Shown here piece after piece: positions 10,434-18,618 of a stretch of DNA of 64,000 nucleotides. The first letter of the stretch is position 1. Every line of letters starts with the position of its first letter. The position numbers were made by a program, and so were the translations under genes. The stretch is taken from the NCBI GenBank assembly GCA_041476465.1, contig JBGOTL010000001.1, forward strand, positions 25,724 to 89,723, given 5' to 3'. The notes under the pieces were generated by a model. The model was not told where the DNA came from and did not search any database. It saw only the letters and a program-made list of their open reading frames with translations. This DNA is from Candidatus Acidiferrum sp. Lineage in GTDB: Bacteria; Acidobacteriota; Terriglobia; Acidiferrales; UBA7541.

Positions 10434-11261
10434 GTGATGCAACTGCCCGACGACGTCGATCAAACCATAGAAGACGCTTGGCAACGTGCTCACCACATCC
10501 CCGGGTTTATGGTCGAAAATGAGGTTCGGTTCCTCGGCACCCTGGCCGCTTGCACTCCCGCGCAAGGGGCCATCGTGGAAATTGGCAGCTTTAAAGGTAA
10601 ATCTACGGTCATGCTTGCTTCCGTCGCCGGCAGATATGGCCGAGGGCCGGTTGTCGCCATCGATCCACATGCCGGTCTCTCCTATCTCGGCACACACGTG
10701 CCCGATCAAGATCCTACTTTCAACGAATTTCTCGCATCCATCAAATCCGCCGGCGTCGAAGAAAACGTCGAAGTCCGCCGCGCCTTCTCCCGCGATGCGG
10801 CCAGCGGGTGGAACCGTCCCATCCGCCTGCTCTGGATCGACGGCGATCATTCCTACCGCGGTTGCAAGGAAGACTTCGATCTCTTCTCGCCCCATTTTGC
10901 CGACGGCGCAGTGATCGCTCTCCACGATTCTCTAAGTGCCTTCGAGGGACCCATTCGTGTCTTTGTCGAAGAGGTTCTCCGCTCCGATCGCTTCGGCCCG
11001 TCGGGTTTCGTCAACTCCATCGCATGGAGCCAGTTTTGCCCGGCTGATGGCGCTCGCTTTCGCAAGCTGCGCAAGAAACTGGAAAGCCGCGCCTCTCGCC
11101 TTCTGCCCTTCGTGGCTCACGGGGCTTCCCCAACAGGTCTGCGAAAGATGGCTTTCAAACTAAATCGTTCGTTTGTCCCCCGCAAGCGCATATCTCCTGC
11201 CCAGTGGGCAGCGCTTCTCTCCGTTTCCAGTTCTGAAAAGTCCGCCCTTCTCGATCCGTGA
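10434..11261 (+). CDS. Class I SAM-dependent methyltransferase (Methyltransf_24-like)
   Basis: VEIGSFKGKST, LLWIDGDHSY, IALHD motifs; C-rich codon endings unlike the G-rich plus-strand neighbours. Confidence 0.88.
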   Translation: MMQLPDDVDQTIEDAWQRAHHIPGFMVENEVRFLGTLAACTPAQGAIVEIGSFKGKSTVMLASVAGRYGRGPVVAIDPHAGLSYLGTHVPDQDPTFNEFLASIKSAGVEENVEVRRAFSRDAASGWNRPIRLLWIDGDHSYRGCKEDFDLFSPHFADGAVIALHDSLSAFEGPIRVFVEEVLRSDRFGPSGFVNSIAWSQFCPADGARFRKLRKKLESRASRLLPFVAHGASPTGLRKMAFKLNRSFVPRKRISPAQWAALLSVSSSEKSALLDP

Positions 11262-11291
11262 TCATTGCGAAGTTCGAGTTCGGCGGCCTCG

Positions 11292-11342
11292 GAGAAGCGC
11301 GGATATTCGAGCAAAGTCCTTCACCGCGACATCGAGAAGTAG
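11292..11342 (+). pseudogene. Orphan duplicate of the rapZ 3' end (EKRGYSSKVLHRDIEK*)
   Basis: 40/51 nt identical to rapZ 10314..10364 (EKRGFSSKVFHRDIEK*), same stop, mostly synonymous differences. Confidence 0.88.
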
Positions 11343-11380
11343 TGGGCGGAATAAACCGCGAAAAGCAACCCTGCCTAAAC

Positions 11381-11409
11381 TTGACAGGCCGCGACGCGGC
11401 GAATAGCGT
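11381..11409 (+). promoter_or_regulatory. Putative sigma70 promoter of the msbA-yicC-gmk-rpoZ operon
   Basis: TTGACA-N17-TAGCGT. Confidence 0.6.
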
Positions 11410-11440
11410 AGCAAGTGAGAATGTCAGGGGAGTCTGAGGC

Positions 11441-13321
11441 GTGGCCTCGTTATTTTCACCGCAATTGAGACGGTTGTTGAGTTACGTCCGGCCGTACATT
11501 GTGCGGCTGGCAATGGGCGTGACGTTGGTGGCCTTCGTGGCGCTGGCGGAAGGCGTCGTGGCGCTGATGCTGAAGCTTGCGGTGGATTTCGTGCTGAATC
11601 CGTCGGTAAATGTCACCAGCCTGCCGTTGCTGACGCTGCCGGGTGGCCGGGCGATCTATCTGAATCAGTTTTTCCCGCCACGGATTCATAACGTTTGGAC
11701 GGTTTTTGCGATCTCCCTGTTGACGCTGTACATGGCCAAGGCTTTCGCGGAATATTTGGGAATCATCGAGATTCAGCATGTAGGGCAAGCGGCGGTGACG
11801 GACCTGCGCAACCAGGTGTATGAGCGTTTGATCCGGCAGCCGATTGGTTTTTTCCAACACAATCCGACCGGGCGGCTGATTTCCACGGTGATCAATGACG
11901 TGGAGAGAACGCGCATCGCGCTGAGCGATTACCTGGCCGACCTATTTCAAAAGGGCTTTACGTTTCTCGTGTTTGTAGGCGTTTTGTTTTATTTGAATTG
12001 GAAAATGGCGCTGGGCGCCGCGGTGCTCTTGCCGCTGGTGATCCTGCCGGTAAACAAATTCGGAAGAAAAATCCTGCGTTCCTCGGAGAACAGCCAGACG
12101 CGGCTGGGGGACCTCACCCAGATTCTGCAGGAGACGGTAAGCGGGAACCGCGTGGTCAAGGCGTTTGGCATGGAGGCGTTTGAGATCCGCAAGTTCCGGG
12201 AATCTTCCCGGCGGCTGTTGCGCGAAAACATGCGCTGGGTACGGGCAGCGGTAATCACCTCTCCGCTGATGGATCTGCTGGGGGCCATCGTGATTCCGTT
12301 GTTGCTGCTATACGCGCGGGATCAGATCCGGCATCAAGGGATGACCATCGGGCAGTTTTTCGCTTTTATTTATGCCATGTTTAACGCCTACATGCCACTG
12401 AAGCGAATGGGAAATGTCTACCAGCAATTTCAGGCGGCGCAGGGAGCAAGCACGCAGGTTTTCGCTTATCTTGATTGCAAAGAGGAAAAGAACGAACAGC
12501 CCGGCGCCAGGGTGCTGCCGCCGATCACGCGAGAAATAGAGTTCGATGATGTTTGTTTCGCGTATGAGAGTTCGTCCGCGGCAATATTGCAGAATATCCG
12601 GCTAAGAGCCCGCAAAGGCGAAGTGATCGCGTTGGTGGGATCAAGCGGAGCCGGTAAGACGACGCTGGTGAATCTGCTGCCGAGGTTTTATGAAGTCACT
12701 TCGGGGGCCATCCGCATTGACGGAATGGATATTCGCGAAGCGACGATCCGGTCTTTGCGCGAGCAGATCGCCATGGTGGCGCAGGAAAACATACTGTTCT
12801 ACGACACGGTGTGGAACAACATCTGTTATGGAATGTCGGATGTGCCGAAAGAACGAGTCACCGTGGCGGCGCAAACGGCATTGGCGCATGATTTCATCAT
12901 GGAGCTGCCGCAGGGATATGACACGATGATTGGCGAGCGCGGAACGCGGCTTAGCGGCGGGCAGCGGCAACGCATCGCTATTGCGCGCGCGATTCTGAAA
13001 GATTCGCCGATTTTGATTCTGGATGAAGCCACTTCGGAGCTGGATTCCGAATCGGAGATGTTTGTTCAAAAGGCGCTGGCCAACTTGATGGTGGGCCGGA
13101 CGACGTTTGTGATTGCGCACCGGCTTGGCACCATCCGCCGGGCGGACAAGATTTTGGTGCTCGAGGACGGACAGATCCGGGAGAGCGGAACGCACACGGA
13201 ATTGATGGCGCGTGGCGGAACCTATGCGCGGCTGCACGATCTGCAATTTGCCGATGACGAGATGCTAGCGCCAGCGCAGGAGTTGCTTTCGAATAGTTCT
13301 AGCCCGGTTAAAGCTTCATGA
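11441..13321 (+). CDS. msbA: ABC exporter, permease plus ATPase (MsbA-like lipid A flippase)
   Basis: TM domain plus GSSGAGKTT, LSGGQRQR, ILDEATS; near lpt genes. The msbA identity is inferred. Confidence 0.8.
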   Translation: MASLFSPQLRRLLSYVRPYIVRLAMGVTLVAFVALAEGVVALMLKLAVDFVLNPSVNVTSLPLLTLPGGRAIYLNQFFPPRIHNVWTVFAISLLTLYMAKAFAEYLGIIEIQHVGQAAVTDLRNQVYERLIRQPIGFFQHNPTGRLISTVINDVERTRIALSDYLADLFQKGFTFLVFVGVLFYLNWKMALGAAVLLPLVILPVNKFGRKILRSSENSQTRLGDLTQILQETVSGNRVVKAFGMEAFEIRKFRESSRRLLRENMRWVRAAVITSPLMDLLGAIVIPLLLLYARDQIRHQGMTIGQFFAFIYAMFNAYMPLKRMGNVYQQFQAAQGASTQVFAYLDCKEEKNEQPGARVLPPITREIEFDDVCFAYESSSAAILQNIRLRARKGEVIALVGSSGAGKTTLVNLLPRFYEVTSGAIRIDGMDIREATIRSLREQIAMVAQENILFYDTVWNNICYGMSDVPKERVTVAAQTALAHDFIMELPQGYDTMIGERGTRLSGGQRQRIAIARAILKDSPILILDEATSELDSESEMFVQKALANLMVGRTTFVIAHRLGTIRRADKILVLEDGQIRESGTHTELMARGGTYARLHDLQFADDEMLAPAQELLSNSSSPVKAS

Positions 13322-14271
13322 CCCAGAAGGACGCCATGCCAACAAATGCAGCAGCGGTGAAGCGGCTTGATTGTTTATCGATGACCGGCTACGCGCAGGC
13401 GCGCACGGAGCAGGCCGGATGGGCGGTGCGCGTCAGCGTGAAAAGCGTAAACCACCGGTTTCTAGACGTTAAACTGCGGATTCCGGAAGCGCTGGAGATG
13501 TACGAGCTGCGGCTCCGGCAGATTGTCCGCGAGCGGATTCACCGCGGGCACATTGATGTGCATGTGAACGTGGAACCAGGCAAAGCGTCGCCGGTGCAGG
13601 TAAATCACGTATTGGTGCAGACGTACCTGCGCGCCGCGGAAGAGTTGCGGCAACTGACCAAGGCTGCGACGGATATGGATGTGGTGGCGCTGCTGCGGCT
13701 GCCCGGGGTGATCGGTGGCTTGGGCCCGGTGTTGCCGGAGAGCGAGGAAGAGCAGGAGCAGCTCGGGCAAACATTGGATGCCTGCTTGCGCGAAGCGCTG
13801 GGAAAGCTGGATGATATGCGTCGCGCGGAAGGGCGGCATCTTGCCGAAGAATTGCGCGCAAGAGCGGCGCGGATCGGGGAAGAAGCCGAGAAAGTCCGGG
13901 GGCTGGTCACCACACTGCGGCCGGCATTTGCGCGGCGGCTGGACTTGCGGCTGAAAGAATTGCTGAATGGCGTCGCGATGGACCCGGGGCGGCTGGCGCA
14001 AGAAGCGGCGCTGCTTGCGGAACGCAGCGATATCAGTGAAGAATTGGACCGGCTGCGCAGCCACCTGCAGCAGTTCACAAAATTGCTGGAGGGCGCGGGC
14101 GAACTGGGAAAGAAACTGGATTTTCTTCTGCAAGAAATGCACCGCGAGGCGAATACCATGCTCTCGAAGACGCCGGGAGTGGAGAGCGAAGCGCTGACGA
14201 TCACCGGGCTGGCTCTAGAGATCAAAGCGGAGATTGAAAAACTGCGGGAACAGGTACAGAACATCGAATGA
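13318..14271 (+). CDS. yicC: YicC/YloC family endoribonuclease
   Basis: SMTGY, KSVNHRFLD, GKKLDFLLQEMHREANT, REQVQNIE motifs. Confidence 0.95.
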   Translation: MTQKDAMPTNAAAVKRLDCLSMTGYAQARTEQAGWAVRVSVKSVNHRFLDVKLRIPEALEMYELRLRQIVRERIHRGHIDVHVNVEPGKASPVQVNHVLVQTYLRAAEELRQLTKAATDMDVVALLRLPGVIGGLGPVLPESEEEQEQLGQTLDACLREALGKLDDMRRAEGRHLAEELRARAARIGEEAEKVRGLVTTLRPAFARRLDLRLKELLNGVAMDPGRLAQEAALLAERSDISEELDRLRSHLQQFTKLLEGAGELGKKLDFLLQEMHREANTMLSKTPGVESEALTITGLALEIKAEIEKLREQVQNIE

Positions 14272-14906
14272 GCGCGGAGAATGAAATTGTGCCGCTGGTG
14301 CTGATTGTATCGGGCCCTTCGGGATCGGGGAAATCGACATTGGTGCAGAGGATACTGGATCTGCCGGGGACCATGCCGTCGATTTCATGTACTACGCGGG
14401 CGCGCAGGGCGACCGAGGCCCGCGGGAAGTGCTATGATTTTGTGAGCGAAGCGGAGTTCGACGCGATGTTGGCGCGCGGTGAGTTTTTGGAGTACGCACG
14501 AGTTTTCGGCAATCATTCCTACGGCACGCCGAAGAAGTGGCTTGCCGAGTCGCGTGCCAAGGGTTTGGATCTGGTGCTCGAGATCGACGTCCAGGGCGCG
14601 GCGCAGGTAAAGCAAAGGCTGCCCGAATCGGTTGCGATTTTTATCTTGCCGCCCACGCGAGAGGAGTTGGAGCGCAGGTTGCGCAGCCGGGGGCAGGATT
14701 CGGACGAGGAGATTGCGCGGCGGCTTTCCAAGGCGCGTGAAGAGATTGCGGTTTTTGAGAAATTTTATGATTATTGCGTGGTGAATGAAGATGTGGAACG
14801 CGCGGGACGTGAAGCGCAGGCGATCGTAACAGCGCTGCGCTGCACCAGCGCGCGGCGCCGTGGTCGAGTACAAGAACTTCTGGCATCGTTTGGAGGGAAA
14901 GACTGA
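14268..14906 (+). CDS. gmk: Guanylate kinase
   Basis: GPSGSGKST, SCTTR, YGTP, LEIDVQGA. Confidence 0.97.
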   Translation: MSAENEIVPLVLIVSGPSGSGKSTLVQRILDLPGTMPSISCTTRARRATEARGKCYDFVSEAEFDAMLARGEFLEYARVFGNHSYGTPKKWLAESRAKGLDLVLEIDVQGAAQVKQRLPESVAIFILPPTREELERRLRSRGQDSDEEIARRLSKAREEIAVFEKFYDYCVVNEDVERAGREAQAIVTALRCTSARRRGRVQELLASFGGKD

Positions 14907-14907
14907 A

Positions 14908-15135
14908 ATGACTGTGCAAACGAAAGCTCCCGAGAGCCAGTTTGCGTACGTGGTGCTGGCGGCCCGACGCGCGCGACAACTCATGGCCGGAGCGCCACCG
15001 CTGGTCGAAAATCCAAGAACCCTGAAGGCCACGAGGATTGCGTGCGAAGAACTCGAACACAGCCTGATCGAATTCGAGTTTATCGAGCCCTCGTCGATTG
15101 ACGAAGACAAAGACGGCAACAAGCGGCGGAAGTAG
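14908..15135 (+). CDS. rpoZ: RNA polymerase omega subunit
   Basis: SQFAYVVLAARRARQLMAG; gmk-rpoZ-coaBC synteny; start moved to ATG 14908. Confidence 0.92.
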   Translation: MTVQTKAPESQFAYVVLAARRARQLMAGAPPLVENPRTLKATRIACEELEHSLIEFEFIEPSSIDEDKDGNKRRK

Positions 15136-15228
15136 AGCGCCGCAGAGGCGTTGCCCGCTTCGCGGGCACCAGGAGCATTGACCGCCCCGTCAAGACCGGG
15201 ATCTTCGACTTCGCGGTCATACTTTCAA

Positions 15229-16470
15229 ATGATGCGAATCACGCTCGGCGTGACCGGCGGAGTAGCGGCCTATAAAGCCGCGGAACTGGTGCGCCGTCTC
15301 CAACAAGAGGGGTTTGCAGTTCAAGTGGTGATGACGCGCGGGGCGCGGGAGTTCATCACGCCACTGACCTTTGCGGCGCTCAGCGGGCAGAAGGTCATCA
15401 CCGATCTCTTCGGCGATTCCTCCGGCGGCGAAGCCAACCTGGACAGCGCGATCGAACACATTGCCGTGGCACAGCGAACGGATTTGCTGCTGGTGGCTCC
15501 GGCGACCGCGGATATCCTCGCGAAGTTTGCGCGCGGCATTTCCGATGATTTCTTGACGACCTTGTATCTGGCTTCGACCGCGCCGGTGGTGGTTGCCCCA
15601 GCGATGAATGTGAACATGTGGCAGCACGCGGCGACGCAAGAAAACATGGAGACGTTGCGGGCGCGAGGCGTGATGATCGTCGCGCCGGATGAAGGCTATC
15701 TCGCCTGTGGCATGACGGGGCCCGGGAGACTAGCGGGGCAGGAAGCGATTGTACTGGCGGTGCGCGAGGCGCTGCACGTTCAGCGGGACCTTGCGGAAGA
15801 AGCGGTGATCGTCACTGCAGGCCCAACGTGTGAAGACCTGGACCCGGTGCGCTACTTGACGAATCGTTCCTCGGGAAAAATGGGTTATGCCGTGGCGGAA
15901 GCGGCGGCACGGCGCGGGGCGCGTGTGGCGCTGGTAAGCGGCCCGACGGTGCTGGAAGCGCCTGCTGGCGTGGAACGCGTGGATGTGCGGACGACGGCAG
16001 AGATGCATCGCGCAGTGCAGGAGCGTTTCAAGGCTTGTTCGATAGCGATTTTCGCCGCTGCTGTGGCGGACTACCGGCCAGCGGAACCTCATCAGCAGAA
16101 GTTGAAGAGGAACAAGGAAGCGCTGACGATTCGGCTGGAGCCAACACCGGATATTCTTGCGAGCGTGGCGCGAGAGAAGGGTGATCGCCTGATCGTGGGC
16201 TTTGCCGCGGAGACCGATCATGTGGCGGAGAATGCGCGGAAGAAACTGGCGGCGAAGAACGCCGATTTGATTGTGGCGAACGACGTGACCGCGGAAGGCG
16301 CGGGCTTCGACCACGATACAAATATAGTCACGCTCTTTTCCCGCGATGGACGCGACGTGGCGTTGCCAAAGATGAGCAAGGCGGAAGTGGCGCAACGCAT
16401 TCTGGACGAAGTGCTGCGGCTGCGCGCTGCGTCGCGCGGCAAGCAGGCTGCGAAGCATTCCGCGGATTAA
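15229..16470 (+). CDS. coaBC: Phosphopantothenoylcysteine decarboxylase/ligase
   Basis: GVTGGVAAYKA, PAMNVNM, TAGPT.E.LDPVRYLTNRSSGKMG, GFAAET; start at ATG 15229 or 15232. Confidence 0.97.
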   Translation: MMRITLGVTGGVAAYKAAELVRRLQQEGFAVQVVMTRGAREFITPLTFAALSGQKVITDLFGDSSGGEANLDSAIEHIAVAQRTDLLLVAPATADILAKFARGISDDFLTTLYLASTAPVVVAPAMNVNMWQHAATQENMETLRARGVMIVAPDEGYLACGMTGPGRLAGQEAIVLAVREALHVQRDLAEEAVIVTAGPTCEDLDPVRYLTNRSSGKMGYAVAEAAARRGARVALVSGPTVLEAPAGVERVDVRTTAEMHRAVQERFKACSIAIFAAAVADYRPAEPHQQKLKRNKEALTIRLEPTPDILASVAREKGDRLIVGFAAETDHVAENARKKLAAKNADLIVANDVTAEGAGFDHDTNIVTLFSRDGRDVALPKMSKAEVAQRILDEVLRLRAASRGKQAAKHSAD

Positions 16471-16477
16471 ATCCGAC

Positions 16478-17356
16478 ATGCCCGACCAAATTCCGGAAGC
16501 TCTTCAGAAAAAACTTCTTGAACGACTGAGCTTTTACAACGATCTTGGGATCCGCCTGTTTTACCGGGATCGCAGCGCCGTACCACGCTCCGAATCGCAT
16601 GCCATTACTTCCACCCCAGTGATTCTCGAAGAGGAAACCACGTTGGCCAAATCCAGATACAAGCCTGAGATGAAGAAGGCTGCACCCGAAAACATGCCTC
16701 TTGCGCCCACGGCCGTGAAGAGCGCTTTGCTGCCTGTGCCTGCGGGGCCATCCCTTTTCGAATCGGTGGAGAGAATTGCGGGCGATACACTACCGGTAAT
16801 TCAGAGTGATTTGGGCGAATGCACGCGCTGCAAACTGCATCGCACGAGGAACAAGATTGTTTTCGGCGACGGCAATCCGAAGGCCCAGCTCGTTTTCGTT
16901 GGAGAAGGCCCGGGCGCGGATGAAGATGCGCAGGGACTGCCATTTGTGGGCCGCGCGGGAAAACTCCTGACGCAGATGATTGAGGCCATGGGCTTGCAGC
17001 GAAAAGACGTGTACATCTGCAACGTGGTGAAGTGCCGCCCGCCCGAAAACCGCCAGCCGGAAAAGGAGGAAGTGGGGACGTGCTCCCCATTCCTGCTGCG
17101 GCAGATCGATGCGATCGCGCCGAAGGTGATTGTGTGCCTGGGAAGCACGGCGGCGCAGGCGCTGTTGGAGACGAATCGCGGGATCTCGCAATTTCGCGGG
17201 CAGTGGCTGGAGTTTCGCGGGCGGAAATTGCTGGCGACCTATCATCCCGCATACTTGCTGAGAAATCCGGCGGCAAAGAGCGAAGTGTGGAAGGACTTGC
17301 AGAAGGTGATGGCGGAGCTGGGGCTGGAAGTGAAGAAGGGCAAATCCTCGTCGTAG
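16478..17356 (+). CDS. Uracil-DNA glycosylase family 4 (Fe-S) with N-terminal extension
   Basis: CTRCKL, GEGPG.DED.QG.PFVGRAG, NVVKCRPP, TYHPAYLLR. Confidence 0.95.
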   Translation: MPDQIPEALQKKLLERLSFYNDLGIRLFYRDRSAVPRSESHAITSTPVILEEETTLAKSRYKPEMKKAAPENMPLAPTAVKSALLPVPAGPSLFESVERIAGDTLPVIQSDLGECTRCKLHRTRNKIVFGDGNPKAQLVFVGEGPGADEDAQGLPFVGRAGKLLTQMIEAMGLQRKDVYICNVVKCRPPENRQPEKEEVGTCSPFLLRQIDAIAPKVIVCLGSTAAQALLETNRGISQFRGQWLEFRGRKLLATYHPAYLLRNPAAKSEVWKDLQKVMAELGLEVKKGKSSS

Positions 17357-17378
17357 TTCGCAAGAAATCAAGAGAAAA

Positions 17379-17525
17379 GGGAAATTGCACGGAGTTCCCG
17401 GACACTGTACTGTGGGAAGCCTTGTCAGGTGCGGCTCCCGTGCTGTTATGCGGAGTGTAAGTACCCTGATTGTGCTCCCGGCCTTCGCATGACGGGAATA
17501 GTTCCCGGTAAGCCGGCTTGCCGGA
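17379..17525. ncRNA. Candidate structured RNA (long rod plus hairpin), family unknown
   Basis: Nested complementarity found by eye: 17395-400/17493-498, 17414-420/17474-479, 17425-432/17461-469, 17434-438/17452-456; separate hairpin 17504-17523. Confidence 0.35.
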
Positions 17526-17583
17526 ATGGAATCCGCGGCCAACGACTTTCAGAATTCGGGCTGCTTGATGGCAGAATAGGCGC

Positions 17584-18456
17584 ATGGGAATTTTGTTTGG
17601 GGTGTTGACGGCGCTCACCTGGGGCGGCTCGGATTTTATCGCGCGTTTTGCGACCCGGCGGATTGGCACGCTGCGCACGATGTTGTACATGCAAGCGGTT
17701 GGATTTCTACTTCTCACCTTCTTTCTTTACCACTTCAACGCATGGGGACACCTTTTTGACGGATCGGGCTGGCAGCCCTGGGGCTGGGGTTTGCTGGCGG
17801 GGATGGCCAATGCCCTTGCGACACTTTCGTTATATCGCTCCTTTGAAATCGGGAAGATGTCCGTGGTGGCCCCGCTTTCGGCCAGCTCTCCGGTGCTTAC
17901 CGTGCTCTTGTCGGCGCTCACGGGCGAAAGACTGACGGCGATGCGCTTAGTGGGCATAGCGCTTACCGTGCTGGGCGTGATCCTGGTTGCGGCGGGAGAA
18001 AAAGCGCCGGACGAGAACGATGTGGAAGCGGTGCGGCAAAACGGCAAAGGACTGGGCTGGGCGCTGGGCGCGGCGCTGGGATTCGGCGTGCTCTTCTGGC
18101 TGCTAGGGATTCGCACGGTGCCGCGCACCGGGCCGTATGCGGCGGTGTGGTTGATTCGCATGACGGGTTTTGTGGTTACCCTCGCTATTCTTTGGTGCAA
18201 GCGTTTGCCGATGCACCAGCCGCTTGGAAAAGGGAGCTGGCAACTGGCGGGGATGGGAGTATTGGATACTGGCGCGTTCCTGCTGAACAATCGCGGGTTG
18301 CAATTGGAGCAGGTGTCAGTGGTGAGCGTCTTGGCTTCGCTGTATGGCGCAGTGACCGTGGCGCTGGCAGCGGTGTTCTTGCGGGAACATATTGCGAAGT
18401 GGCAGTGGGCCGGAATCGCGGCAATTTTTTCCGGAATCTACCTGATCAGCAAATAG
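17584..18456 (+). CDS. EamA/DMT family transporter
   Basis: About 10 TM segments in two EamA repeats (SVVAPLS, SVVSVLASLY). Confidence 0.9.
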   Translation: MGILFGVLTALTWGGSDFIARFATRRIGTLRTMLYMQAVGFLLLTFFLYHFNAWGHLFDGSGWQPWGWGLLAGMANALATLSLYRSFEIGKMSVVAPLSASSPVLTVLLSALTGERLTAMRLVGIALTVLGVILVAAGEKAPDENDVEAVRQNGKGLGWALGAALGFGVLFWLLGIRTVPRTGPYAAVWLIRMTGFVVTLAILWCKRLPMHQPLGKGSWQLAGMGVLDTGAFLLNNRGLQLEQVSVVSVLASLYGAVTVALAAVFLREHIAKWQWAGIAAIFSGIYLISK

Positions 18457-18458
18457 CC

Positions 18459-18582
18459 GCTCGTGATGTAGGTGCAGGACTTCAGTCCTGCACATGACTT
18501 GGACCGTCACCTGGCGCAATTAATAGGCTCTGGGCTTCGGTCTTGCGCTCGTGATGTAGGTGCAGGACTTCAGCCCTGCACA
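18459..18582 (+). repeat. Two 36-bp REP-like palindromic direct repeats (GTAG family)
   Basis: 18459-18494 and 18547-18582, 35/36 identical; GTAG followed by stem GTGCAGGAC-TTCA-GTCCTGCAC. Confidence 0.8.
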
Positions 18583-18618
18583 GCAGTTTCCTTCACGGAA
18601 TAATTCTTACCCAGCCGT

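Noticed and set aside
17400-17435. Cobalamin riboswitch (CACTG...GGGAAG resemblance)
   Set aside because: The other conserved blocks of the B12 element are absent and the downstream gene is not B12-related.
18459-18582. Two 36-bp repeats with a spacer as a CRISPR array
   Set aside because: Only two units, a 52-nt spacer, no cas genes, and a GTAG+hairpin architecture that fits REP elements.
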